A DNA stretch of 64,000 nucleotides from an uncultured Pseudoxanthomonas sp. GTDB lineage: Bacteria; Pseudomonadota; Gammaproteobacteria; Xanthomonadales; Xanthomonadaceae. Positions 29,592-40,573 of the stretch are shown one piece after another (positions within the stretch are counted from its first letter, which is position 1; each line of letters starts with the position of its first letter). The stretch covers positions 395,093 through 459,092 of the forward strand of contig CAYRNF010000001.1 in NCBI GenBank assembly GCA_964425695.1. The letters run 5' to 3'. The notes under the pieces were generated by a model. The model saw only the letters and a list, made by a program, of their open reading frames with translations, did no database searches and was not told the origin of the DNA. Both the position numbers and the translations under genes were made by a program.

Positions 29592-30046
29592 ACAGTCATA
29601 CGCCCGCACAGGACACCCCCCGCATCGATGCCGACGCGCGCGAATGGGAACTGCAGGAACGCGCGCGCAGCGATGTGCGCGACGGCATCGGCGGCGACGC
29701 CGTGCCCGGCGATTTCGCGGCCTACCGTCGCATCGCGCAGGCCCTGCGCACGCCGCCGCCCGAGCGCCTGCCGAGCAATTTCGCCTTCCAGGTGGCGCAG
29801 CTGGCCGCGCAGCTGCCCAAGGCGCGGCGCCTCGACACGCGCCTGGAGCTATGGCTGGTGCGCAGCCTGATGGCGGCCATGGGCGTGGGCGGTGTGGTGG
29901 TCGCAGCAATCTATGGCACTGGCTGGCTGCGGGCGGTCGAAGCCACCGATGCCGGCGCCGCAGGCTGGGCCGCGACCGTGGGCGCGTGCCTGTTGCTGAC
30001 CTGGGGCATGCAGGGCTGGCGCGCGCTGGCGCAGCGGCGGCGCTGA
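29588..30046 (+). CDS. Putative anti-sigma factor (single TM)
   Basis: Start overlaps the sigma stop (ATGA). A single TM LVRSLMAAMGVGGVVVAAIY. Confidence 0.55.
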   Translation: MNSHTPAQDTPRIDADAREWELQERARSDVRDGIGGDAVPGDFAAYRRIAQALRTPPPERLPSNFAFQVAQLAAQLPKARRLDTRLELWLVRSLMAAMGVGGVVVAAIYGTGWLRAVEATDAGAAGWAATVGACLLLTWGMQGWRALAQRRR

Positions 30047-30083
30047 CCATCGGCACCCGCCCGCCTGCGCGAAAACACGCAGG

Positions 30084-30110
30084 CAAAAAAAGACCGCCCG
30101 TGAGGGCGGT
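30084..30110 (-). terminator. Rho-independent terminator downstream of rtcB (possibly bidirectional)
   Basis: GC hairpin gaccgcccgtgagggcggtc flanked by an A7 run on + (a U-tract on the minus transcript). Confidence 0.5.
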
Positions 30111-30142
30111 CCAAGGGTGACGCCAACTGCCACACGCCGCGA

Positions 30143-31360
<1,218 letters not shown>

Positions 31361-31432
31361 GTCATCGTTCCTTGTGATGTTCCCGCAGGAGCGGAAGACC
31401 GATCGCGGCGGCTCCGTCCGCCGCAAACGGGG

Positions 31433-32569
31433 TTACTGCTTCATCGTCACCAGCTGCTTCAGCACGCCATCCAGGCCGCCGAACACGGTGAGCTTGTCGA
31501 TCTTCTCGGTGACCTTTTCCAGCGCCTCGAGCTCCTTCAGGCGCATCAGCACCGGCGACTCGTCGATCAGCCTGGCGGTGTTGAGCAGCGAACGCGTGGC
31601 GTTGGCCTCCTCGCGCCGGCGGATCAGGTTGGCTTGCGCCGTCTTCTCCGCCTGCACCACCGCATTGAGGATCGCCTTCATCTCGCCCGGCAGGATCACG
31701 TCCTTCACGCCGACGTCCAGCACCTCAACGCCGAAGCCGCTCAGCTGGCCGCGCACGTAGGCGAAGATGTCGGCGTCCAGAGACGCCTTGTCGCCCAGCA
31801 GCTCGTCCAGCGTCTTGGCGGAGACCGCCTTGCGCAGGCCGTACTGCAGTTCGCGGTAGACGAAGTCGCCGACCTTCGCGACCTTGGTGCGCGCCGCCAC
31901 CACGTCGGTGATGCGTGTGCTGGCGGCCAGGTTCACGCGCAGGCTGACCTTGTCGCGGGTCAGCAGTTCCTGGCCCGAGACCTCGATCGTCTGCACGCGC
32001 AGGTCGACCACGTCCACCACCACGTTCTTCCGGAAGTTCCAGAAGGCGTAGCTGCCCGGGGCGAGCGTGCGCGCCAGCTTGCCGTCGATGAAGACGAGGC
32101 CGGCGAACATCTCCGGCACATCGGCCACCACGGCCAGCTTCGACAGCATGCCCAGCTGGCGCAGGCGGCGCGCGACCGCGGCGTCGACCTCCAGCGAGGT
32201 CAGCGACACTGCGCGCACCTCGACCTTGACCAGGCCGATCCAGTACAGGCGACGCGTGCCGGGCGCCAGCACGTCTTCCAGCTTGCCGTTCTTCAGCACC
32301 AGGCCAACCTCGTCCACGCCGATGTCGCCCAGGACAAAGGTCTCACCCAGCCGCGCGCCCAGGCGCGCGATCAGCGCGTCGACGTCATGGCCGGCGTATT
32401 CCGGTGCGGCGATGTTGAACGTGCGCACGTCGATCCGACCCATCGGGTCAAACCAGCGGTACACGCCCGGTGCGAGCACGCGCTCGAACCGACGGTTGCG
32501 ATACACCAGGCCGCGCTCGCCGTCACCGATCACGACCCGCTTGGTCAAGTACATGCGGTAGAAACGCAT
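31433..32569 (-). CDS. SPFH/band-7 (slipin-like) domain protein
   Basis: AGGAGG SD upstream. SPFH-like core with a coiled-coil, EA-rich C-terminus (AVVQAEKTAQANLIRRREEANAT). A 72-bp gap separates it from rtcB on the same strand. Confidence 0.75.
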   Translation of the reverse strand: MRFYRMYLTKRVVIGDGERGLVYRNRRFERVLAPGVYRWFDPMGRIDVRTFNIAAPEYAGHDVDALIARLGARLGETFVLGDIGVDEVGLVLKNGKLEDVLAPGTRRLYWIGLVKVEVRAVSLTSLEVDAAVARRLRQLGMLSKLAVVADVPEMFAGLVFIDGKLARTLAPGSYAFWNFRKNVVVDVVDLRVQTIEVSGQELLTRDKVSLRVNLAASTRITDVVAARTKVAKVGDFVYRELQYGLRKAVSAKTLDELLGDKASLDADIFAYVRGQLSGFGVEVLDVGVKDVILPGEMKAILNAVVQAEKTAQANLIRRREEANATRSLLNTARLIDESPVLMRLKELEALEKVTEKIDKLTVFGGLDGVLKQLVTMKQ

Positions 32570-32941
32570 GGCGTTGTCCTCCTTGTTGGCTCTGGTGGTT
32601 CGATCCACGTTGTGAACACCGCCGCGCGGGATCGAATGACGCGGCGGAGTGGCTGCAGGCCGCAGCGATGCGGCCGACGAAAGAAGGTGGAAACGCCCCT
32701 GGACGAAAGCGGTGCGGACGCCCGGCGCTGTCGGCGGAGGCCTCGTGGCGACGAGGCGATCCGCAGATCGCGTCGAACGCCGCGTGCATCCGCGTCGAGG
32801 GCGCGGTGCCGGCACCACTCCCGCTGCGTTGCGTCGTCTTCCCGCACTCCATCGCGGATGTTCGGCGCGCCGCACGGGGCGTTTCCCGGTTGGGACTTGC
32901 GTCCCGGTTGTCATGACGTGAAAGGTCATGTGCCTGTTACG

Positions 32942-33015
32942 GCGTTGGAGCGGGAATCGAACCCGCGACCGTCGGATTGAACGTCCGATGCTCTAACCAT
33001 CTGAGCTATCCAGTG
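32942..33015 (-). tRNA. tRNA-like gene (74 nt), anticodon undetermined
   Basis: Canonical D arm (TAGCTCAGATGGTTAGAGC) and T arm (GCGGGTTCGATTCCCGC). The anticodon stem is TCGGA/TCCGA but the loop CGTTCAA has G33, and the acceptor shows 2 mismatches by hand folding. Confidence 0.5.
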
Positions 33016-33088
33016 GCTGACGTGCCAGAGTCGAACCGGCGACCTGCGCAACTTGCGTCGCGCCGCTCTGCCTCTGAGCCAACGTCAT
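33016..33088 (-). tRNA. tRNA-like gene (73 nt), anticodon undetermined, directly abutting the previous one
   Basis: D arm GGCTCAGAGGCAGAGC and T arm GCCGGTTCGACTCTGGC are canonical. The anticodon region GCGCGACGCAAGTTGCGCAGG does not fold as a canonical 5-7-5 arm by hand. Confidence 0.45.
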
Positions 33089-33883
33089 CGTGAAGCGACT
33101 TCGTGCGGTATCGGGCATGCACCACGGCAACGCCGCGCGCACCGGGCGGGCGTGGCAGCACCACGAACCCGCACCGCAGGACACCGTCGGCTCGACGCTT
33201 CGCATCACCGCCATCGCTGGCGGCAATCCGTGTGCCGGCGCGCAACCGCCCGCCGCCCGTGCCCGGCATCAGGGCACAGCGTTCTTTCGCGCACCTGCCG
33301 ACCGTGAGGGCCGGCATTGCAGCAGCAACGCCTTGCAGCGGAACTCCCTGTCACGGCCCTTGCGGACCGGATGCCCGGGATGCGGAAAACACCGGCGAAT
33401 ACGTGCTTGTCTCTCTTCGCGAACGCGCAAAAACAAAACGCCCCCGGATGCGGCATCCGAGGGCGTTCGCGCTTCCTCGGAAGATCGGGGTCGCCGATCT
33501 CCCGTGGGCGGGAAGATCAGCAGGTGGTGGCCAGCAGCGCCTTGCGACCGCCGCGATTCGGGCGATACGCGCATGCGAACGCGCGTGAGCCGCGGCTTTC
33601 GGGCCGCAGTTCGAACGCGTTGGCGATGCAGAGGCGATGGGTCATGGACATATCGTGGTGTCGCTTGTCGCGGATGCGACGAAGGGCGCGGACAATACGC
33701 GCGTGCATGCTCGCGTGCAACCTCAGCGCAGTGCGTGTTGCGCGTTTTCCCGACGGACGGTTGCCTGCATCGCCATGCACGGCGATGCCCGCTTGCTTCG
33801 CTCGCGATCACCACACGCGTGGCATCGGCAGGGGAGCTGCCTGAAGGACGAAGCGGATCGTCGCGATCAGGTGGGCGTGCGCG

Positions 33884-36589
33884 TCAGTCCAGCTCCGGCA
33901 ACGACTGGTGGGTCTGCGCGTAGCCATCCCACGGATCGGCCTTCAGCGTCTTCGCGCGCTTGAGCGCCTTGCGCAGGTCGAACGCATCCGGTCCGCCCAC
34001 GCGACCGAGTTCTTCCCAGCGGATCGGCATGGCGACCGGCGCGCCGTCGCGTGCCCGCAGCGACCAGCTGCACACGCTGGTGGCGCCGCGGCCGTTGCGC
34101 AGCCAGTCGATGAAGATGCGGTCGTGGCGCTTGGCCTTGCTCATGGTGGCGACGTACTGCAGGGGCCGGTGCGCGGCCATGGCCTCGGCGAAGGCGCTGG
34201 CGAAGTCCTTGGCCTGCTCCCACGACGGGCCGCGCCGGATCGGCACGACCACGTGCACGCCCTTGCCGCCGGACAGGCGCACGAAGCTCTGAAGCCCTGC
34301 CTCCTGCAGCCGTGCGCGCACGTCGCGCGCGCCGGCCACGACCTGCTTCCACGACGCGCCCGGCCCCGGGTCCAGGTCGAACACCAGCGTGTCCGGCCGT
34401 TCCGGCTTGTCCACGTGCGCGCCCCACGGGTGGAACTCCAGCGTGTTCATCTGCACCAGTTCCAGCAGGCCCGCGGCGTCGCGCACGAACAGGTAGTCCT
34501 CGGGGCCGCTCTTCTGCCGCAGGGACACGGCGTGGACATGCTCGCCCAGCGATCCGGCGTGATGCTTCTGGAAGAAACACGTCCCGCCGGCGCCGTCGGG
34601 ACAGCGCAGCAGCGACAGCGGACGCCTGGCGAGGTCCGGCAGGATCCAGTCGGCGACGGCCGCGTAGTAGTCGGCGACCTCGCCCTTGGTGATGCCGTCG
34701 GCGGCGAACACGATGCGTTCGCGGCTGCTGATCGCGACTGCGTCCCTGCCCGCGCGCCGCGACGATGCGGCAGCGCGCTTGCGCGGCGGCGCTTTCGCGG
34801 CCGGTTCGGAGGCGGTTGTGGCAGGCGCGCGCGCGGTGGATGCCTGGGTCGTGCCGGCCATGCCGATGTCCTCCACGGTCTTGTCCACGCGCAGCCGCTG
34901 GAAGCTGGCCTGGCGCAGCAGGCCATCCTTGCCCCAGCCGCGATACGCCACCTCGGCGACGAGCTGCGGTTTCACCCAGTGGATGTTGCCGCGATCGCGC
35001 TTGTCGTGCGGCAGGTGACCGGGCAGTGCCACGGTGGCGGTCTTGCGCCGCAGCGGCTGCAGCTTCGCGTGCAGGGCGCGCAGCGTGTCGGCCGTGTAGC
35101 CGGTGCCGACGCGGCCCACGTAGCGCAGCGTTCCGTCCACATCGCGCGTGGCCATGAGCAGCGCGCCGAATCCGCTGCGTGCGCCCTGTGGCGGGGTGTA
35201 GCCCACCACCACGAACTCGTCGCCCTGCGCGTGCTTGGTCTTGACCCAGTGCGCGCTGCGCGACTGGGTGTAGGGCGCGTCGACGCGTTTGCTGATGATG
35301 CCTTCCAGGCCCTGCACGCCGCTGGCGGCGAAGACTTCCTCGCCGTGGCCGCGCACGTGCTGGCTGTAAAGCAGCGCGTGGCCGGGCGCGCCCCCGAGCA
35401 GCGCCTCCAGCAACCGCTTGCGCTCCAGCAGCGGCGTGCGCGACAGGTCCACGCCGGCCAGCCCGGGCAGGTCGAAGACGACGTAGCGCAGGGCCGGCGT
35501 GGAAGTGCCGGCGGATGCCGTCCGGGGCGGACCCTGTAGCGCGCGCTGGAGCAGGGCGAAGTCGCTCATGCCGGCGGCGTCGAGCGCGACCAGTTCGCCG
35601 TCCAGGCGTGCGTCGCCAACCGGCAGGGCCTGCACGGCTGCGGCCAGCGCCGGGAAGTCGGCGGTCCAGTCCAGGCCATTGCGCGAACGCAGCCTGACGG
35701 TGCCGTCCACCAGGTCGGCGAGCATGCGGTAACCGTCCCACTTCACCTCGTGCAGCCAGTCGTCGCAGCGCGGCGCGTGCTGGCGCAGCGTGGCGAGCTC
35801 GGGCTTGAAACCGGGCGGGAAGGGGCGGTCGCGGGCCTGGGGCAGGGCCAGGGCGCGCTTGCGCCAGGCCGCGTCGCTGCGGCGCGCGGGTGCTGCAGGC
35901 TTGCGTGCGGGTTGGGACGCGGCCGGCGCGCGCGCTCCGGTCCGCTGTTTACGCGCGCGGTCGGCTGCCGCGCCGCGCGCAGGGGCGCTGCGTTCGCCTT
36001 CGCCAGACAGCAGGATTCGCCCTGCGCGCGCGGAGGATTCCGGCCCCGGTTCCACGTCCACCATATCGTCGGCGTCAGCATCGCGCGCATGCGCGTCGTC
36101 GCGCTTGATCAGCAGCCACTGCGGCTTGCCGCCGCTGCGGCCGGTCTGCATGCCGGTGCGCACCAGTTTCCACGCGCCGCGCAGCTTTGCGCCCTCCAGC
36201 GTGAAGTCCAGCTTGCCCGCGGCGATCGCCTCCAGCGGATCGCCCTCGCTCGCCCACACGCCGTGGTCGAAGACCAGTACGTGCCCGGCGCCGTAGTTGC
36301 CTTCCGGGATCTCGCCCTGGAAGCCGGCATAGGAGATCGGGTGGTCTTCCACCTGCACGGCCAGGCGCTTCTCGCCGGCGCGCAGCGACGGGCCCTTCGG
36401 CACCGCCCAGCTCTTGAGTGCGCCGTCGGCTTCCAGCCGGAAGTCGTAATGGCGGGCGCGCGCGTTGTGCAGCTGGACCACGAAAATGGGGCGGCGCGCC
36501 TTGCAGCCGCGCGTGGACAGCGCCGCGTCGTCCGCGGGCTCCGGCGTGTCGGAGAAGCGACGCTTGCTGGCGTAATCGCGCAGGCTCAC
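33884..36589 (-). CDS. ligD: Multidomain ATP-dependent DNA ligase LigD (phosphoesterase-ligase-polymerase)
   Basis: N-terminal PE domain (TPEPA...FVVQLHNARARHYDFRLE), a ligase core (KxDG: VKWDGYR) and a C-terminal primase-polymerase domain. 901 aa; GTG start. Confidence 0.9.
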   Translation of the reverse strand: MSLRDYASKRRFSDTPEPADDAALSTRGCKARRPIFVVQLHNARARHYDFRLEADGALKSWAVPKGPSLRAGEKRLAVQVEDHPISYAGFQGEIPEGNYGAGHVLVFDHGVWASEGDPLEAIAAGKLDFTLEGAKLRGAWKLVRTGMQTGRSGGKPQWLLIKRDDAHARDADADDMVDVEPGPESSARAGRILLSGEGERSAPARGAAADRARKQRTGARAPAASQPARKPAAPARRSDAAWRKRALALPQARDRPFPPGFKPELATLRQHAPRCDDWLHEVKWDGYRMLADLVDGTVRLRSRNGLDWTADFPALAAAVQALPVGDARLDGELVALDAAGMSDFALLQRALQGPPRTASAGTSTPALRYVVFDLPGLAGVDLSRTPLLERKRLLEALLGGAPGHALLYSQHVRGHGEEVFAASGVQGLEGIISKRVDAPYTQSRSAHWVKTKHAQGDEFVVVGYTPPQGARSGFGALLMATRDVDGTLRYVGRVGTGYTADTLRALHAKLQPLRRKTATVALPGHLPHDKRDRGNIHWVKPQLVAEVAYRGWGKDGLLRQASFQRLRVDKTVEDIGMAGTTQASTARAPATTASEPAAKAPPRKRAAASSRRAGRDAVAISSRERIVFAADGITKGEVADYYAAVADWILPDLARRPLSLLRCPDGAGGTCFFQKHHAGSLGEHVHAVSLRQKSGPEDYLFVRDAAGLLELVQMNTLEFHPWGAHVDKPERPDTLVFDLDPGPGASWKQVVAGARDVRARLQEAGLQSFVRLSGGKGVHVVVPIRRGPSWEQAKDFASAFAEAMAAHRPLQYVATMSKAKRHDRIFIDWLRNGRGATSVCSWSLRARDGAPVAMPIRWEELGRVGGPDAFDLRKALKRAKTLKADPWDGYAQTHQSLPELD

Positions 36590-36674
36590 GGCGAGGTCCC
36601 GTGCGGCACGCGCGGCCGTCGCGCGGCGCGCGGTCCGGCGTCAGCACCGGATGACGCGCGAGCCACCGCGCGTC

Positions 36675-37595
36675 CTAGGCCGACCGCCGCGCGGCCGCCT
36701 TCTTTGCCGCTGGCTTCTTCGCGGTTTTCTTCGCGGCTTTCCTGGCGGGCTTCTTTGCCGGCGTCTTCGCGGCCTTGGCCGCGGGCGTGCGCTTGCGCGA
36801 ATCGATGCTCTGCTGCAACAGCGACATGAAGTCCACCACGTTGGTGGCGGCGTTCTCGTGCAGCGTCTCGCCATCGTCGTCGGGCTTGGGCACCGTGCCG
36901 CCCTTGGCCTTGACGCGCTTCTCGATGACCTTGTGCAGGCGCGCGCGGAATTCGTCGCGGTAGTCGCCGGGCGACCAGTCGCCGGCCATCGATTCGATCA
37001 ACGCCTCGGCCATCTGCAGTTCCTTGGCGGCCACGCGGTAATCGCCGGCGGCGCCGGAGGGGATGTTGTAGTCATCCACGTCCACCAGTTCCTGCGGGTA
37101 GCGCATCATCACCAGCAGCAGCGCATCGCCCTGCGGCAACACCGCGCACAGGTGCTCGCGGGTGCGGATCACCACGCGCGCGATACCGATCTTGCCGGTC
37201 TTCTTCAGCGTCTCGCGCAGCAGCACGTAGCCCTTCTCGGCCTTCTTCGCGGGGACCAGTACGTAGGGCTTCTCGAAGTACTGCGGGCCGATCGCGTCGG
37301 CGTCCACGAACGCCTCGACTTCCACCGCATCGTGGCTTTCCGGCGCCGCCGAGCGGATGTCCTCCTGCTCGAGCACCACGTAGCTGCCCTTGTCGTACTC
37401 GAAGGCCTTGACGATCTCCTTCCACGGCACTTCCTCGCCGGTCTCGGCATTGACGCGCTCGTAGCGGATCGGCGCCTTGTTGCGCGCGTCGAGCATGCGG
37501 AAGCTGATGTCGGTGCGCTTCTCTCCGGACATCAGCTGCACGGGGATGTTGAGCAGCCCGAAGGACAGGGTGCCGGACCAGATCGGGCGCGCCAT
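36675..37595 (-). CDS. ku: NHEJ DNA-end-binding protein Ku
   Basis: MARPIWSGTLSFGLLNIPVQL... Ku core with a Lys/Ala-rich C-terminal tail. Lies directly upstream of ligD. Confidence 0.9.
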   Translation of the reverse strand: MARPIWSGTLSFGLLNIPVQLMSGEKRTDISFRMLDARNKAPIRYERVNAETGEEVPWKEIVKAFEYDKGSYVVLEQEDIRSAAPESHDAVEVEAFVDADAIGPQYFEKPYVLVPAKKAEKGYVLLRETLKKTGKIGIARVVIRTREHLCAVLPQGDALLLVMMRYPQELVDVDDYNIPSGAAGDYRVAAKELQMAEALIESMAGDWSPGDYRDEFRARLHKVIEKRVKAKGGTVPKPDDDGETLHENAATNVVDFMSLLQQSIDSRKRTPAAKAAKTPAKKPARKAAKKTAKKPAAKKAAARRSA

Positions 37596-37749
37596 GGGCG
37601 GGCTCCACGCAGGCGGGACACCGATTACAGCCCCCGGCGCGTGAGTAGGCCGTCATGCGCGCATGCTCACGTGGCCCTGCCGGACCGGCTGGGACCATCC
37701 GTGCGCGGCGCCGGCGCGCCGCGCTGTCGCGTCCCCAACGGAGATCCCC

Positions 37750-39084
37750 ATGCGAATACCGCCACGCCTGCGCCCGCTGCCCCTGGTGCTGCTGCCGCTG
37801 CTGGCGGCGTGCTCGTGCACGGAAAGCGCCCGGCTGACCGCGCGCGAGGACACCGGTCCTTCGCCGCGCCTGCTCGAGCCGGTGCGCACCCCGATCCCCA
37901 CGGTGGACATCGCGCCCGCGGTCGGATGGCCCGCCGGCACCGCCCCCACGCCGGCCGCCGGCTGGCGGGTGACACGGTTCGCGGATGGGTTGTCGCATCC
38001 GCGCTGGCTGCACGTGCTGCCCAACGGCGACGTGCTGGTCGCCGAGAGCAACGCGCCGGCAGGCAATAGCGGCATCCGCGGCGTCCGCGGTGCGGTGATG
38101 AAGCAGGTGATGAAGAAGGCCGGTGCGGGCGTGCCCAGCGCGGACCGCATCACGCTGCTGCGCGATACCGACGGCGACGGGATCGCCGAGACGCGTTCGG
38201 TCTTCCTGCAGGGGCTGCATTCGCCGTTCGGCATGGCGCTGGTGGGCGGCACGCTGTACGTCGCCAACGCCGACGCGCTGGTGAGCGTGCCGTACGCCGC
38301 CGGCGCCACCACGATCGCGGCGACGCCCCGCAAGGTGGTGGACCTGCCGGGCAAGGGCGAGGAACTCAACCACCACTGGACCAAGAGCCTGCTCGCCAGC
38401 CGCGACGGCAGGCGCCTGTACGTGGGCGTGGGGTCCAACAGCAACGTGGCCGAGAACGGGATGGCCGCCGAAGCGGACCGCGCCGCGGTGCTGGAAGTCG
38501 ATCCGGCGGCGCGCACCACGCGCGTGTTCGCCTCGGGTCTGCGCAATCCGGTCGGTTTGGACTGGCATCCGGGCACCGGCGCGTTGTGGACCGTGGTCAA
38601 CGAGCGCGACGAACTGGGCAGCGACCTGGTCCCCGATTACCTGACCGAGGTGCGCGAAGGCGCGTTCTACGGTTGGCCCTGGAGCTACTTCGGCGCGCGG
38701 GTGGACGCGCGCGTGTCGCCGCCGCGGCCGGACATGGTGGCCAAGGCGGTGGTGCCCGACTACGCGCTTGGCGCGCACGTCGCGCCGCTGGGGCTCGCCT
38801 TCCACGACGGCGCGGGCATGGACGCAGGCGCCACCAGCGGCGCCTTCATCGGCCTGCACGGCTCGTGGAACCGCAAGCCGCCCAGCGGCTACAAGGTGGT
38901 CTTCGTGCCGTTCGCCGGCGGGCGGCCCGCAGGTGCGATGCGGGATGTGCTAACCGGCTTCCTGGACGCCGAAGGCAATGCGCGCGGCCGTCCGGTGGGA
39001 GTGGCGGTGGATGCGCGCGGCGGCGTGCTGGTGGCCGACGACGTGGGCAATGCCGTCTGGCGCCTGGTTGCGCCCCCGCGCTAG
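37750..39084 (+). CDS. PQQ-dependent sugar dehydrogenase (soluble glucose/sorbosone dehydrogenase family), lipoprotein
   Basis: Signal/lipobox [10 protein letters not shown]. Beta-propeller SGDH motifs [19 protein letters not shown] and GWPWSY. Confidence 0.8.
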   Translation: MRIPPRLRPLPLVLLPLLAACSCTESARLTAREDTGPSPRLLEPVRTPIPTVDIAPAVGWPAGTAPTPAAGWRVTRFADGLSHPRWLHVLPNGDVLVAESNAPAGNSGIRGVRGAVMKQVMKKAGAGVPSADRITLLRDTDGDGIAETRSVFLQGLHSPFGMALVGGTLYVANADALVSVPYAAGATTIAATPRKVVDLPGKGEELNHHWTKSLLASRDGRRLYVGVGSNSNVAENGMAAEADRAAVLEVDPAARTTRVFASGLRNPVGLDWHPGTGALWTVVNERDELGSDLVPDYLTEVREGAFYGWPWSYFGARVDARVSPPRPDMVAKAVVPDYALGAHVAPLGLAFHDGAGMDAGATSGAFIGLHGSWNRKPPSGYKVVFVPFAGGRPAGAMRDVLTGFLDAEGNARGRPVGVAVDARGGVLVADDVGNAVWRLVAPPR

Positions 39085-39318
39085 CCCGCGCCGCCGGCGG
39101 GCGCAGGTTCTTTGCCCGTGACGATGCACAAGGCGCAGGGCGATGCGCGCAGCGACACCGATCCATCCGCAAAGGGCGTCTGCAACTCCGGGAGACGCTG
39201 CACAGGCCGGTGCGGTGAGCAGCGCATCGCCCGGCTTCGAACCATCCGCCGTGCCGGGGCCCGCCGCATGCCGGTGCGCGCAACCCGGCCGCAGCCGTAC
39301 GTGCATGCGCCCTCTACG

Positions 39319-39573
39319 TTATGCCGCCGACTCCAGGGCGTCGAAGCGACGGGCGTAGTCGCGCTCGCCCACGACGCGTTCGACTTCGCCCTCGTCCAGG
39401 TCGGGTGCGGCGTAGACCGCGTACACCACCGTGTCGTCCTGGCGCCCGATGCGGCTGAGGCGATAGCGCGACTGCCCGCTGCCGCCGTTCTCGGGGTAGT
39501 GCACCGGCGGGCGATCGCCTGCCAGGTCCAGCTCGCTGTTGTCCACCAGTCCACCCACGAACAGTGCACGCAT
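39319..39573 (-). CDS. Hypothetical protein (84 aa)
   Basis: ORF with no clear domain; weak SD. Confidence 0.35.
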   Translation of the reverse strand: MRALFVGGLVDNSELDLAGDRPPVHYPENGGSGQSRYRLSRIGRQDDTVVYAVYAAPDLDEGEVERVVGERDYARRFDALESAA

Positions 39574-39769
39574 GCAGAGGCCTCTTGTCGTTGTCGAAAG
39601 GAGGGCCAGTGTGCGCAGCGGCGTGTTGGATCGACATCATCCGTGCGTTAGGAAACCGGAAACCGGCACGCGTCGTCGCGTAAGCGCCGGTGGTAAAGCC
39701 GCCGCGCCCGCCCCGCGCACGGTTCGACACGTTCGCACACCAAGCGCGGAGTGCCGCCGTGTGGACACG

Positions 39770-39820
39770 ATGCGCAAAAGAGTGCGCAAAAGAGAAGGGA
39801 CGGCAGCACGCTGCCGTCCC
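39770..39820 (-). terminator. Rho-independent terminator after the fasciclin gene pair
   Basis: Perfect hairpin gggacggcagcacgctgccgtccc followed on the minus transcript by ttctcttttgcgc. Confidence 0.55.
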
Positions 39821-39872
39821 TTCGTCACGTACCGGCGCCGACGAGAACGCCGGCACGCAAGGCGCCTTGCGA

Positions 39873-40511
39873 TTACGGCATCAGCACGGTGTCCACCACG
39901 TGGATCACGCCATTGCTCTGGCGCAGGTCGGCCGTGGTCACCGTGGACTTGCCGCCCTTGGCATCGGTGATGACCACGTTGCCGCCTTCCATCGCCGCGG
40001 TCAGCGTGCCGCCCTGCACCGTGGTCAGGGTGGCCTTGCCGCCGCCGGCTTCGATCTGCGAAGCCAGCGCGGCGCTGTCCACGTTGCCGGACACCACGTG
40101 GTAGGTGAGCACCTTGGTCAGGTCCGCCTTCATTTCCGGCTTGAGCAGGCCATCAACCGTGCCGGCCGGCAGCTTGTCGAACGCGGCGTTGGTCGGCGCG
40201 AACACGGTGAACGGACCGGCGCCCTGCAGCGTCTCCACCAGGCCCGCGGCCTTGACGGCGGCGACCAGCGTGGAATGGTCGGGCGAAGCCGTGGCACCGG
40301 CCACGATGTCGGTGGTGGCAGCCGCAGCCGGATCGGCGGCGGGTGCCGGCTCGGTGGCCGCGGCGTCTGTCGCTGCGGTATCGGCAGCCATCGCGTCGGT
40401 CGCGGCGGCGGCATCGTCGGCCGGCGTGGTGTCGGCGGCAGCGTCGTCGCGCGCACAGGCGGTCGCGGCGAGCGCGGCAACGAGCGCAATCGAAAGGATG
40501 CGGATCTTCAT
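39873..40511 (-). CDS. Fasciclin (FAS1) domain lipoprotein
   Basis: Lipobox LAATACA, an Ala/Asp/Thr-rich linker, and a FAS1 domain ...[22 protein letters not shown]...[13 protein letters not shown]. Confidence 0.8.
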   Translation of the reverse strand: MKIRILSIALVAALAATACARDDAAADTTPADDAAAATDAMAADTAATDAAATEPAPAADPAAAATTDIVAGATASPDHSTLVAAVKAAGLVETLQGAGPFTVFAPTNAAFDKLPAGTVDGLLKPEMKADLTKVLTYHVVSGNVDSAALASQIEAGGGKATLTTVQGGTLTAAMEGGNVVITDAKGGKSTVTTADLRQSNGVIHVVDTVLMP

Positions 40512-40573
40512 TGGGTGACTCCTGAGGGGGTTGGGGGAGGAAACGGCGGGTGCGAACGCACCCGTCCGCGCGA

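Noticed and set aside
33090-33923. 277-aa plus-strand ORF and 181-aa minus-strand ORF in the tRNA-ligD gap
   Set aside because: Both translations are Arg/Ser/Gly/Cys-rich low-complexity with no start context or domain. The region is more likely non-coding.
39319-39573. 84-aa ORF as a toxin-antitoxin component
   Set aside because: There is no partner gene, no recognisable RelE/ParE or antitoxin motif, and only a weak RBS. It is kept as a low-confidence hypothetical.
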